Assembly (NCBI GenBank): GCA_000004695.1
Contig: CM000151.3
Location: 2,656,001 to 2,720,000, forward strand
DNA from: Dictyostelium discoideum
Taxonomy: Eukaryota
Reading direction: 5' to 3'
DNA: 64,000 bases
Shown: in pieces, positions 12,387 through 23,134 of the stretch
Layout: the number at the start of each line of letters is the position of its first letter
Position numbering within the stretch: position 1 is the stretch's first letter
Position numbers and translations under genes: made by a program
The notes under the pieces: model-generated
The model's database searches: none
Seen by the model: only the letters and a program-made list of their open reading frames with translations
Told to the model about the DNA's origin: nothing

Positions 12387-12443
12387 ATTATTATTATTAT
12401 TATTATTATTTCTATTTAGAAAGTTGTATTCATTATCAATCAT
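7113..12443 (-). CDS. Large Asn/Thr-homopolymer-rich protein of unknown function (~1694 aa), 4 exons
   Basis: Model on the minus strand: join(12443..12243, 12158..11942, 11882..11615, 11511..7113). Introns are 84, 59 and 103 bp with donors GTAAAT, GTATGT, GTAAAA and acceptors ending AAAG/ATAG/TTAG. All splice phases are consistent (201+217+268+4399 nt = 1695 codons). The ORF-track 'M' starts at 12140 and 11210 are TTG codons inside exons. The first in-frame ATG is at 12443. No conserved domain recognised. Confidence 0.6.
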
Positions 12444-12490
12444 TTTCAAAATGAATGAATGAATTTTTTTTTTTTTCTTTTTTTTTTATT

Positions 12491-12506
12491 ATTTTGGCGC
12501 CAAAAT
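12491..12506. promoter_or_regulatory. Perfect 16-bp palindrome ATTTTGGCGCCAAAAT containing overlapping inverted E2F-type sites (TTTGGCGC)
   Basis: It is the only GC core in a several-hundred-bp AT desert. It lies 48-63 bp upstream of the ATG (12443) of the large Asn-rich gene. The TTTSSCGC E2F/DP consensus and the dhfr-type overlapping-inverted arrangement are established knowledge. Confidence 0.4.
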
Positions 12507-12725
12507 TTTTTTTTTTCCAAAATTAAAAAATAATAAAAAACTAATAAAACAACAACAAATTTTAGTTAGTATACAAATCTGCCAATCAAGCCATTAATGG
12601 TACAACTACGTTATGATTGGTACCACTTATGGTTAAAATAAAATTTCGGTGTAATAAAACCAAAAATATTTATTATTTAATTTAATTTTTTTTTATTTAA
12701 TTTAATTTTTAATTGGTGTTTCATC

Positions 12726-15271
12726 TCATCTGTCTTTAAAAGATTTTAAACCACAAATTAATTTATGATCACTTTGCCAATCAACAGTTTGACAATCACG
12801 ATCACAATAGTTTGTTGTACATTTTGAAGTGCAAATTTTACCACAATTTGCGCATAGCGATGGAGTTGTGGGGCCTTGAATGATCCAATCACAATCGTGA
12901 ATTTTTTGATTATCAAATTTAGAACGACATGTTGAAAAGGCAATAAACGAGTATTTACCACCAACTTTCAAGCTTGAAGGATCGATACATTGACCACCTT
13001 CGACAGCGAATCTACATGGGAAACCTTGGACGTCCCATAAGAGTAATTCGATATCATCACCTCTGACCAACGGTTGAGCGGCGAGTGTACTTGGAAAAAA
13101 CATTTTTCAAAGACAGTTCTAATGTCTGGCATTAGATCAGCCAATGGGTTTGTACCACCTTGATCAAATGAAGACTGAGCAACAAGTTTATAATCCTTCA
13201 TTGTGATTCTTGGATTCTCTGGAAACCCCTTTGAGTAGCCACCATACTCTTTATGTCTAATGAGTTTATCATTTTCATGGTCTTTTAATAATTGACGAAA
13301 CTCTTTAATCACTTGAATTTCTCTAGCAGACTTTTTAACCTTTGCTTCTTGAGCGTTTGCAAATACAAATGGTACTTTTTGATCGAGATCAACCTTTACC
13401 TTTCTTCCCATTTAGATGTGGCTTTCTTTGAGAGATTAGCCAAGATTTGACTTGCTTTACTTGAGCCTTTGATTGAAGCAACCTCTAAATATGTTAAACC
13501 TAATTTACCATTTTTAGTGACATTGATACCTTTGCCATGACCATCAATTTGTAAATACAATTTACCCAATTCAAATGTAGCTTGAACTATATTATTTTCA
13601 CCATCATTATATTCCAAAGATTTTTGAAAATTCTCCAATGCTTTTGAAATGGCAGATGATTCAGATGATTTCAATAATAATAATCTACCTAAATTTAAAT
13701 TTGCTTCACCAATACCAGTATTCATTTTATAACCAGTTGACATTGCAATTGATAAGTTTGTAGCTTTTGTATACATTTGCTTTGCCTTTTATAAATTACC
13801 TTGACTACGATAATAATCACCCATGGGTGCAACGAATACATCAGCAAACACCGTTTCATTTAAACCTTTACTTTTGATTAACATTTTCTCAGCATTTTTT
13901 AAATCTTGATAAAAGAATTTACTTGTCTGTGCAGCTGGTTCATATTCCAATGATGGATTCTTATCGAAGTATTCCCTTCTTTGCTTTACATTTACTTTAA
14001 TCAATGCATCACTAACCAAAATCAATTTCAGGCTCTGATATCTCTGCAGCAAGTTTAACAGTATCCATTTCTGGTAAAGTACCCGCCCTTGTCATATTGG
14101 TAAAACGTTATCAGAATCTATCGGCTCGGTAAATGCTGATTTCTGTTTTGTACCCATTACTGACCTGACGCTATCCTTATACTTTTTATTATTTGGCTCA
14201 AGATCCAAAGCTAATTTATAAAAGTAGGCTGCCTTCTTTGATTTTTCCAATAGTGTAAAACACTTTGCAATCACAGCATACCCCTCTGCCCTGCATGGAC
14301 GAATGTAAAGTAATCTTTCAATATCAGATTTCGCAATATTTAAATGCTGTTGCATTCTAGTCTTCACCTTTTCACACCACTGTAACCAACATTTTCCTCT
14401 TGAAAGGTATAGATCAGAAATGAAATTCTCTGTCAAACCTCTATAATCCAATGCTAATGAATTGAATTGCTGCTTGCCCATTACCTGCTTTAATCATTTC
14501 ATCAGCTTGATACTTATATACCATCGCCTCTGCCATTTCATCTAAATGTGGATAAAGTGGTTTCAACTCCAAATCATCTGAATTATCAGTCCATGAATTA
14601 AGTTGTTTAGTCCAATCTGCAACACTCATAGTTTTATCCAATACAAATATACTCTCAACAACTTTAAGTGTAACTAATTTTAAATGATTCCATGAATTGA
14701 ATTGTTCACTATGTTCACAACCTTCATTACATTTTCTTGATTTTTCAGTTGGTTCTTTATCATTATTTGTATCATAAAATCCCTTTATATATATATATAT
14801 ATATGTTAATACTTGTAATTTTATTATTATTATTAATATTATTATTATTATTTTATATTATATTGTATATATGAATATATACCTCATAAAAATGACTACC
14901 ACATGCTAAAATAATTTCATTTTCATTTTCTAATTGACTTGATGGTATATTTTTCCATGGATGACTAACCTAAACATCAACAAATAGATTGAAATCAAAA
15001 TCAGAAGTACGACCAACTGCTAATTTTTTCATCATTAATTCACTTTTAAGATATCTTAATTTTGTATTTTTAATTAAGAATTCACCTCCAACTGGACCCT
15101 CTTTATATTCTGCATAAGTTTTTTCCCATCTTTCATAAAAAATCTTTCTAAAATTTCTGAATGCTCTATCAGATGAGCCAAACCCTTTAAAAAAAAAAAA
15201 GAAAAAAAAAAAAAAAGAAAAAAAATATTTACTCTGTATTTGAATTTATATTTTTCATCAAGACTAACCAT
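12726..15271 (-). pseudogene. TPR/Sel1-like repeat protein with C-terminal MYND zinc finger, disrupted by at least 2 frameshifts and 3 in-frame stops. Its body has atypical GC-richer composition.
   Basis: Minus-strand ORF segments 14441-14641, 14092-14481, 13789-14052, 13396-13776, 12968-13411 and 12726-13103 abut or overlap without introns. The b/c and c/d segments share a frame but are split by TGA and TAA, and a TAG separates FVDV|VSHPW near 14925. Frameshifts of 1 nt occur near 14460, 13400 and 13100. The C-terminus reads CANCGK..CTSKC..YCDRDCQTVDWQSDHKLIC (MYND). Upstream, AYFYKLALDLEPNN and LGKLYLQIDGHGKGI look TPR/Sel1-like. Codons such as GGC, GCG, CCG, CGG and TCG are frequent (about 38-42% GC against under 30% for typical exons here). 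The 5' exons (15271-15233, 15184-14960, 14882-~14700) are AT-rich with normal 48- and 103-bp introns. Confidence 0.5.
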
Positions 15272-15646
15272 TTTCTTACTGTTGTTGTAGAATTATATGA
15301 ACAATGAAATTTACAAAAAAAAAAAAAAATTTGTGCTAACTAAAAAAAAAAAATAAAAAAAAATAAAAATAAAATAAAATAAAATTAAAAAAAAACAAAA
15401 ATGGCTAAAATATATAAAATAAACAATTAAATTATATTTTGAACTTCTATTTATAATGGCGAGATTTAAGAAAGATTTTTTTTTTTTTTTTTTATAATTT
15501 TTTTTTTTTTTATTTTTATTTTCATTTTTTTAATTTTTTTTTTTTTTTATTTTTTTATTTTTTATTTGATGGTTTAAACAAATATTCAATCTGAAATTTC
15601 AATAATTAATTTGTTTTGAAAACAAAAAAAAAAAAAAAAAAAAAAA

Positions 15647-17138
15647 TGAACCCAGAAATTTTAGAACATAAAAATGAAGATTGGGAATTCATTAAAATTT
15701 TAGGTTCAGATAAAGAAGTACATAAAAAGAAAAATGGTCCCTTAAATGAGTAAATGTATCACTTTGTGTAATTAAAAAAATTGAAAAAGTATGTAATAAT
15801 AATAACGATAATAATAATAATAGTTTTATGTATTAATTTTTTTATTTTTATTTTATTTTATATTTAGGAATTTTTTTTTTCAATTATTGATATTTTAAAT
15901 AAATTAAAAAATTGTGAATATTCAACAAAATATTATGGATTTGCATATGATAAAAATAATAAATTATATATTTATATGGAATATATTGATGGTGCAATTA
16001 CTATAGAAGAGAAATTAAAACAAATTGAAATTGTTCCACAAGATATTATTATTTTATTAACAATCAAAATAGCAGAAGCATTAAGTAAAATTCATGAAAT
16101 GGGTATTATTCATCGTGATATTGGGGTAGTAATATACTTTTACTTGAAAAAGAGAATAATCAAATTCAAATTAAATTTATTGGTTTTGAAAATGCAATAC
16201 AAATTGAAAACAATTCAAAATATAATTCAAGAGTTGGTACAGCTACACATATGGCACCAGAAGTGAAACTACAAGATGGTAATGCAGGTCGTAAATCTGA
16301 TGTATTCAGTCTAGGTTGTACAATAATTGAAATGGCTGGTGGTGATTTAAATAGTACCATTGGTAGAGACGCCAATGGAATACCACCAATACCAGTACAT
16401 TTATCATCAGAATTAAAAATCATCACCCAAAATTGTTTACATTTTAACCCAAAAACAAGATTTAGTATAGATGATTTAATTTCTCATATTAATAAAGAAA
16501 AAGTTAATAAAGACCATTTCTATTCTCCATTTGGGTATATAATACCATCAAATGTAAAAAGGCTTGAAAAAAGAGATGGTGGTGACCAAACACTTACAAT
16601 TGGATTAATTGGTAATGATATAAACTACCTTTCATTTCCATTTTATAATCAAATGATTCCAGTTGGATCAATTCCATCATCAGTAAAATATCTTTTATTT
16701 AAAAAACTTAATCAAAGGATTGAAGATGGATCAGTGCCAGATTCTGTTGAATATTTAGATTTAGGTGATGAATTTGATATTGTAAACAATGGTATCGATC
16801 TTCCAAATGATAGTATTTCAGTGTTAAGATGTGGTTTTAATTTTCAAACACCAATTCATTTAAGAAATTTACCAAATTCAATAACAGATTTACAATTGTA
16901 TAATTATAATATAAATATATTAAAAAATAGTTTCTCATCAAATGTATCATCACTAACACTTGGTTCCAATTTTAATTCCTTTGGATCCCTTAAAAATCTT
17001 TCAAATTTTAAAAATTTAAAAAGTTTAACATTTAGTTTTGAAGGTGTTGAAAGTCAACAACTTATAACTCAAATAATCAATGATTATATACCAAATAATA
17101 TTATTTCTGTAATTATAAATGGAAAACAAAGAAGATAA
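15647..17138 (+). CDS. FNIP-repeat protein kinase-like gene, probable pseudokinase or pseudogene (degenerate catalytic motifs and an apparent 1-nt frameshift)
   Basis: Exon 1 starts at ATG 15647 (MNPEILEHKNEDWEFIKILGSDKE), and an intron of about 150 bp ends at the acceptor at 15868. The kinase hinge YMEYIDG is present. The catalytic loop reads HRDIG (Lys replaced by Gly), then shifts frame at ~16126 to SNILLLEKENNQIQIKFIGFENA (DFG replaced by GFE) ... GTATHMAPEV. The C-terminal 240 aa are FNIP-type repeats, characteristic of Dictyostelium. The first-intron donor phase is also ambiguous. Confidence 0.5.
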
Positions 17139-17520
17139 TTAATTAAAAAAAATAAAAATTAAAAAAAATAAAAAAAAAATAAAAAATTTGATATTTAAAA
17201 TTTAAACAAACTGTTTTTTTTTTTTTTTTTTTTCTGATAACCCCCATAATTAATAATTCAATTTTTAAAAAAAAATATTTAGATATTTTCCAATATCCTA
17301 AAAAAACAAATTTTATTTTCCAAAAAATCTTTTTTTTTCTCTAAAAATATCTGATTTTATTTTTTTTTTATTTTTTTTTTTGTTTTTTTTTTTTCAAAAT
17401 AATTCGCTGACAAACCATCACCTCTATCATTTTTTTTTTCATTTTAATTTTTTAATTTTTTTTCAATTTTATTTTTTTATATTATATTTAGTATTTAAAC
17501 ATTTAAAAAAAAAAAAAAAA

Positions 17521-17983
17521 ATGCCAAATAAAAAAAGAAATAAAGATTTAAACAACAGTGAAACTGTTCCAGAGGAGACAGGTAAAAGAAAAAGAAAATC
17601 AATTTATGATTTGGAAACAATTATAAAACCAAACCAAAAATCAACATCTGTTCCAATTGTTGAAAGAGAAACACCATTTATATCACAACCACCACCAACT
17701 ACCAATAATGAAATTTCTCAAGCATTTAAAGAAATTTCGAATAATGATGTTACATTCAAAAATGAAGATTTAATAAATATTGAATATTTAAATAATTGTA
17801 ATAAAGCAAGATTGGAATATATTTCAAATACAATTGGAATTCCAGAAAATATAATTAAAAAATGTGATTTTCGTGGTCTAATTAAAAAAATCATTGAAAT
17901 TGGTATTAGTCGTTATCAATTTATAAATCAACAAGAACAAATTAATAATAATAATTATAAAAATAATAATAATAATAATAATA

Positions 17984-18074
<91 letters not shown>

Positions 18075-18654
18075 TAATAAAAATGAAATTTTATTTTGGA
18101 GTGTATGGAGAAATTTAGTATTGAAAAATACAATATTATCAAACTTTTCACCACATCTATCAATTAAATATGATTCTATTGTTATGGTTGATAAAATGAT
18201 AAATAATGATCAATTATCAATGATAAAAGATAAAGTTAATAGAAATCAATTTTTAATATTTAGTAGTGGCTCATTAAAAAAGTTATATTCAGTATTTGGT
18301 AAAGAAGATGAGGAAGGAAATAATGAAAATACTCGATTCTTTTTTAATTTATTTAATAATTATGGTGATAGATATATAATTGATTGGAAATCAAAAGGAA
18401 AATCAAATTTAATTAAATCATTAATAGAGAATAATTCAGTTACAGGAATTTCAACATTAGTCAATAAATTTCAATTTGAAATTAATATAAATGAATCCAT
18501 CACACTTGCAATTTCAACTGGTTGTTCTTTAAAATTATTTAAATATCTTTTTGAATTATTTTTATTTAAAACTACCAATAATTATAATAATAACAATAAT
18601 AATAATATTGAAAATAATAATAGTAATATTGAAAATAATAATAGTAATATTGAA

Positions 18655-18743
<89 letters not shown>

Positions 18744-21171
18744 AAATAAATCTATGGATTTCATTTTATCAATATTTTTATCATCTCCTAATAAAAGTAA
18801 AAAAGAATTAATTAAAACATTTAAAATGATTTTATACTTGATGGAAAGAGAAATAATAAATTTAAGACAATATAAGGATGAAATTTTAAAAAAGATAACA
18901 ACATTATGTCCATTAGTATCATTATTTAGATTAAAAGATTTAATTAAAGTTATTAAAATAATTAATTGGTTTAATAATAATAATGATAATGATAATTCAA
19001 ATTTAATTAATAATGAATATTCAATTTGTCAATTAAATGCAAAACTTGTTGATCCAACAAATTTTAATAAAAAAATAAATAAATTAAATATTAAAGAATT
19101 ATTAAATATTTATTATAGTAATAGAAAACAACTAGATTTTACTTCAAAACAATTCTTTAATTATTATTATGGTGATGATAATGATAATGATGAAAGTAAT
19201 AAGGAATCTCAAAATTATACTCTTTTTGGAAACTTTTTAAATCAAGTTGATAGACAAGAAAGTGATATAGAATTTAAGCTTACTCAACCTTTACAAAATG
19301 GTGATTTACATTTATTTAGTGATTGGTTATATAATTTTAATAATAAATATGATCATGAATTTTTTAAAACATTATTAGATAAAAATCAACTACTTAAAAA
19401 TGAAAATTCAATATTATTTTCAAATTTTAAAAAACAAGAAGATCAAATTAATTTTTTAATTTCTTGTACTTTAGTAATAAAAGAAATTATTAAAACAAAT
19501 GAAAACTCAAATTTCATTACAAATTTTATTGAATCAAATATTTTGTTTTTATTTTTAGTAAAACATGATTCAGTGGAATTATTTAAACATTTCTCAAATC
19601 AATTCTCTCAAAATGAAAAAGAAGTTGTTTTTTGTTTTCATGATGAATCTCAAGATGAAATACTTGATTTCAATATTTGCAAATATATAAATTCTATTGA
19701 AATGTTAGATTTCATTTATCAAGAATTTCATCATCTTTTTATTTATTCAAAGTATCCAAATTTTTTAAATTTTAAAAATTTAAATTTATTAAAACACTTT
19801 GAAAAATTAATAAATTCATCAAAGAAAAATAAACAACTACAACAACAACTACAACAACAACGACAAATTAAAACTCATTATAAAGAAAAACTTTATTTAA
19901 TTAATTTTAAAGGTAGTTTTAAATTAAATTTTGAAACTTTTAAACATATTGTAGAAAATCCTACAATATATAACTATGGTTCAAAAATTTTAACACCAAT
20001 TATTACTGATTTATACCAAGGTAATAATTGTAATGAAGTTGTATGTTTATTTAAACATATATTCAATACAAATATTTTCGATAGTGAAATGAAATCAAGA
20101 ATGCTACAAGTTTCAAACTACTTTTTAGATTCTGACGAAAAACCAATTTTATTATCAAAGTTTTTTGAATGGTTATATGAAAATAAACATTTTACCCCAC
20201 CAAAAGATGTACCATTCATTAAAAAATCAAGTTTTGGTCCAGGTTTCGCTTCATCATCATCGTCACCATTTGGAGGATCTGGTACTAGTAGTACAGTTGG
20301 ATCAAGGTTTGCTAGTTCAACTTCATCATCATCACCATTTGGAGAATCAGGTACTAACAGTACAGTTGGATCAAGATTTGGCAGTTCAACTTCATCACCA
20401 TTAGAAGGATCAGGTACGAGCAGTACAGTTGGATCAAGATTTGGTAGTTCAACTTCATCATCACCATTAGGGGGATCAGGTACCAGCAGTACAGTTGGAT
20501 CAAGATTTGGTAGTTCAACCTCATCATCACCATCAGGAGGATCAGGTTTTAGTAGTAATACAAATGGACCAATATTTGCTAGTTCAAATGTAATTCCAAA
20601 TCCAACAACCATTTTAAATAGTCTTCCAGATATTATTTGCTTTTATTACTTATCAGGTAAACTTGATGAAATCGATGATGAAATCTTTAATTTTAAAAAC
20701 ACCTATTCTGGAGGTAGGGATATGTTTACTTCATTTTTATATAAACTTGCATATTTTATTGGTAAAAGAGGTGATTTGAAAGCATTATCAACTGTTATTA
20801 GCAGAGCAACAGATAATTTAAAACCATTCCCAAATTCAAATGTTCCTGAATATAATGCTGAGTTTAATTGTATCAGAAATTTCATTTATTCAATTTTGGA
20901 AACAGCTGCTTATAATGGTCAAATCCAAATATTCCAATATTTTCAATATCATCATTGTCATGTTTTGCAAGAAAATGCCATCGAATGGTTTAGAGAAGAT
21001 AAACTTTTAAATTTAATTAGAACCTCTTTAAAAAATGATCATATTGAGATTACTCAAATATTATTATCACATCTCTATCTTTCAAAACACAAGTTTTTAA
21101 ATATTTACTTTAATGATAACATTTTTAAAACCAAGATTTCTTATAATTATTTTTGTGAACTATTTAAATAG
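17521..21171 (+). CDS. Asn-rich protein of unknown function (~1216 aa) with 5 tandem Ser/Gly-rich 21-23-aa repeats near the C-terminus
   Basis: A continuous ORF runs from ATG 17521 with Dictyostelium codon usage and a polyN tract at aa 145-200. The ORF-track start 17380 is upstream non-ATG read-through. Confidence 0.65.
20230..20560 (+). repeat. 5 tandem copies of a 63-69-bp coding repeat (FGSSTSSSPxGGSGTSSTVGSR)
   Basis: The protein-level repeat is visible in the ORF translation. Antisense ORF 20118-20612 is its mirror image and is spurious. Confidence 0.8.
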
Positions 21172-21893
21172 TTTGACAGAAAATATGAAATAAAATAATA
21201 TAAAATAAAATAATATAAAATAAAATAAATAAAATAAATAAAATAAAATAAAATAAAATAAAATAAAATCAAATAAAATCAAATAAATAAAAAAAATAAA
21301 ATTTTAAAATAAAATGATCAATTAATTGAAAGCAATGGGGTTAAATTTTTTTTTTCATTTGTTTATTGTTTATTTTTAGTTACTAGCAAAATGGTTTGCG
21401 TGTTGTGGTATTTCTGAAGTGTGGTCCATGAATGTTCATTTGGGAAAATGGTAATAATATTATAATATTATTATTTTTATTATTATTTTAATTCAAAGTT
21501 TCTCGGAAAAATAAAAATAAAAATTAAATAATGTGTGGCGTTTGTGGGAGTTGAATTTAAAAACAGGAGTAGATTTTATTTTAATTTTAACTTTGCCTAT
21601 CATACACAAACACATTCATACATTGCCTTAACTTATATTGGTTAATTTTACAATTGTAATTGTTTTTTTTTTTTTTATGGGTTTTATTATATTTTTTTTT
21701 TTTTTTATTATTAATAATAAAAAGGTTATTATTTTTTTTTTTTATTTTCTTATTAATAATAAAAAGGAATATTACTTATAATTTAAAAAAGGTAGAAAAA
21801 TAAAACAAGTATACCAGAAAATTTTTAAAAAAAATATATATATTAATAGTTTTTTTAAAAATAAAAGATAAAAAATAAAAAATAATAATAATC

Positions 21894-22085
21894 ATGCTAA
21901 AAGTTTTAATAGCTATTTTAGTGGTAATCTCATTACTTTCAAATTTAAATGCTGTTAATGGACAAAAATTTTATTGTTTTTTAGATTGCATTAAAAAAGA
22001 TAGAAATTGTCGTATGGGAAGATCAGAAGATGCAAATTGTCTTGAATATTTTAAAAAATGTAAAGATGAATGCCATAATAATTAA
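21894..22085 (+). CDS. Candidate small secreted cysteine-rich peptide (63 aa; signal peptide plus a ~40-aa twin-CX3C mature region)
   Basis: The start is a true ATG in AAAATCATGC context. The N-terminus MLKVLIAILVVISLLSNLNAVNG is a canonical signal peptide. The mature part QKFYCFLDCIKKDRNCRMGRSEDANCLEYFKKCKDECHNN has 6 Cys arranged C-x3-C...C...C...C-x3-C. It is an isolated ORF in a 2-kb intergenic stretch. Confidence 0.4.
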   Translation: MLKVLIAILVVISLLSNLNAVNGQKFYCFLDCIKKDRNCRMGRSEDANCLEYFKKCKDECHNN

Positions 22086-22521
22086 TAAACCTGAATTCAA
22101 TTTTATATTTAATATTTTTTTTTTACTTTTAAAATATTTTTATTTTGATTATTTGGAATTTATCTCTCTTCTGCCAATTGTTTTCATTATTATTATTATT
22201 TAATTAATTATTTAAAAAATTATCTAAAATGATACAATAATCTTTTTTTTTTCCACATATATTGGTATTTTTTTATGTATTTTTTTTTTCTTAATTATAA
22301 TTTTATTTTTTTTTCTCCATATAAATCATTTGTTTTTTTGTTTTTGGTTGGCAAAAACTAAATATAAAAAATTTTTACATTTGGTTTGTCCAATTAATTT
22401 TTTAAAAAAATTAAAATAAAAAAAAAAAACGAATAGAAATTTAATAAATGTGGTGGGTGTGAATGTATTTTTTAGTAAAACTTAATTTCATTTACTAGTT
22501 ATATATATTTTTAATTTTTAA

Positions 22522-22552
<31 letters not shown>

Positions 22553-23134
22553 TTTTTTTTTCATGGCTTTGTTGGTGATGTAGTATTATTCAAAAGCATC
22601 AGATCTGTAGTTTATCTAAAATTTTATTGGTTGTAAGGAAATTTATTTAAATTTTTATTTTATTTTATTTATTTATTATTTTAAACCACCCATAACATAA
22701 TTATTAATTTTTTTTTTTAAAAAATTTTTGATTTTATAAACACTACTTTGATAATTTAATAATTAAAATCCCTTTGACCAATATCTTATTTTTTTAAAAG
22801 CAATTTTTTATTTTTTATTTTTATTTTTTATGATCTCTTTTTTGATTTCTTTTATGATTTTATTATTTTAAGATTGCCTAGACAAGATATTTTTTTTTTT
22901 TTTTTTTTTTTTTAATAACAATAATTTAATTTTATTAATTTTAATATGAGCCAAGTATATGAAAATAAATCCAAAAATCCAATTTAAATTCCAGATAAAA
23001 AAGTAAAAAAGGTTTTTTAAAAAATTAAAAAAAAAAAAAAAAAAAAAAATGAAATTTTTTATGAACAAAATGAAATTTTAAATTAAAAAAAAATAATAAT
23101 TAATAATAAAAAAAAAAAAAAAAAAAAAAAAAAA

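Noticed and set aside
12225-12449. 74-aa minus-strand ORF (MKMIDNEYNFLNRNNNN...) first taken as an independent poly-Asn gene
   Set aside because: It is reinterpreted as exon 1 (12443-12243) of the large Asn-rich gene. It ends at a GAT|GTAAAT donor in phase 0 and joins the next exon in frame, so it is not reported separately.
14660-14700. A 31-nt GTAATG..TTAG segment and a 36-nt GTTTTA..ACCAG segment, considered as mini-introns that would repair two of the TPR-MYND disruptions
   Set aside because: Both are far below the local minimum intron size (about 55-60 nt) and lack the AT-rich intron composition. The TAG near 14925 and the other frameshifts cannot be rescued this way, so pseudogene is preferred. 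This is left as an alternative in the finding.
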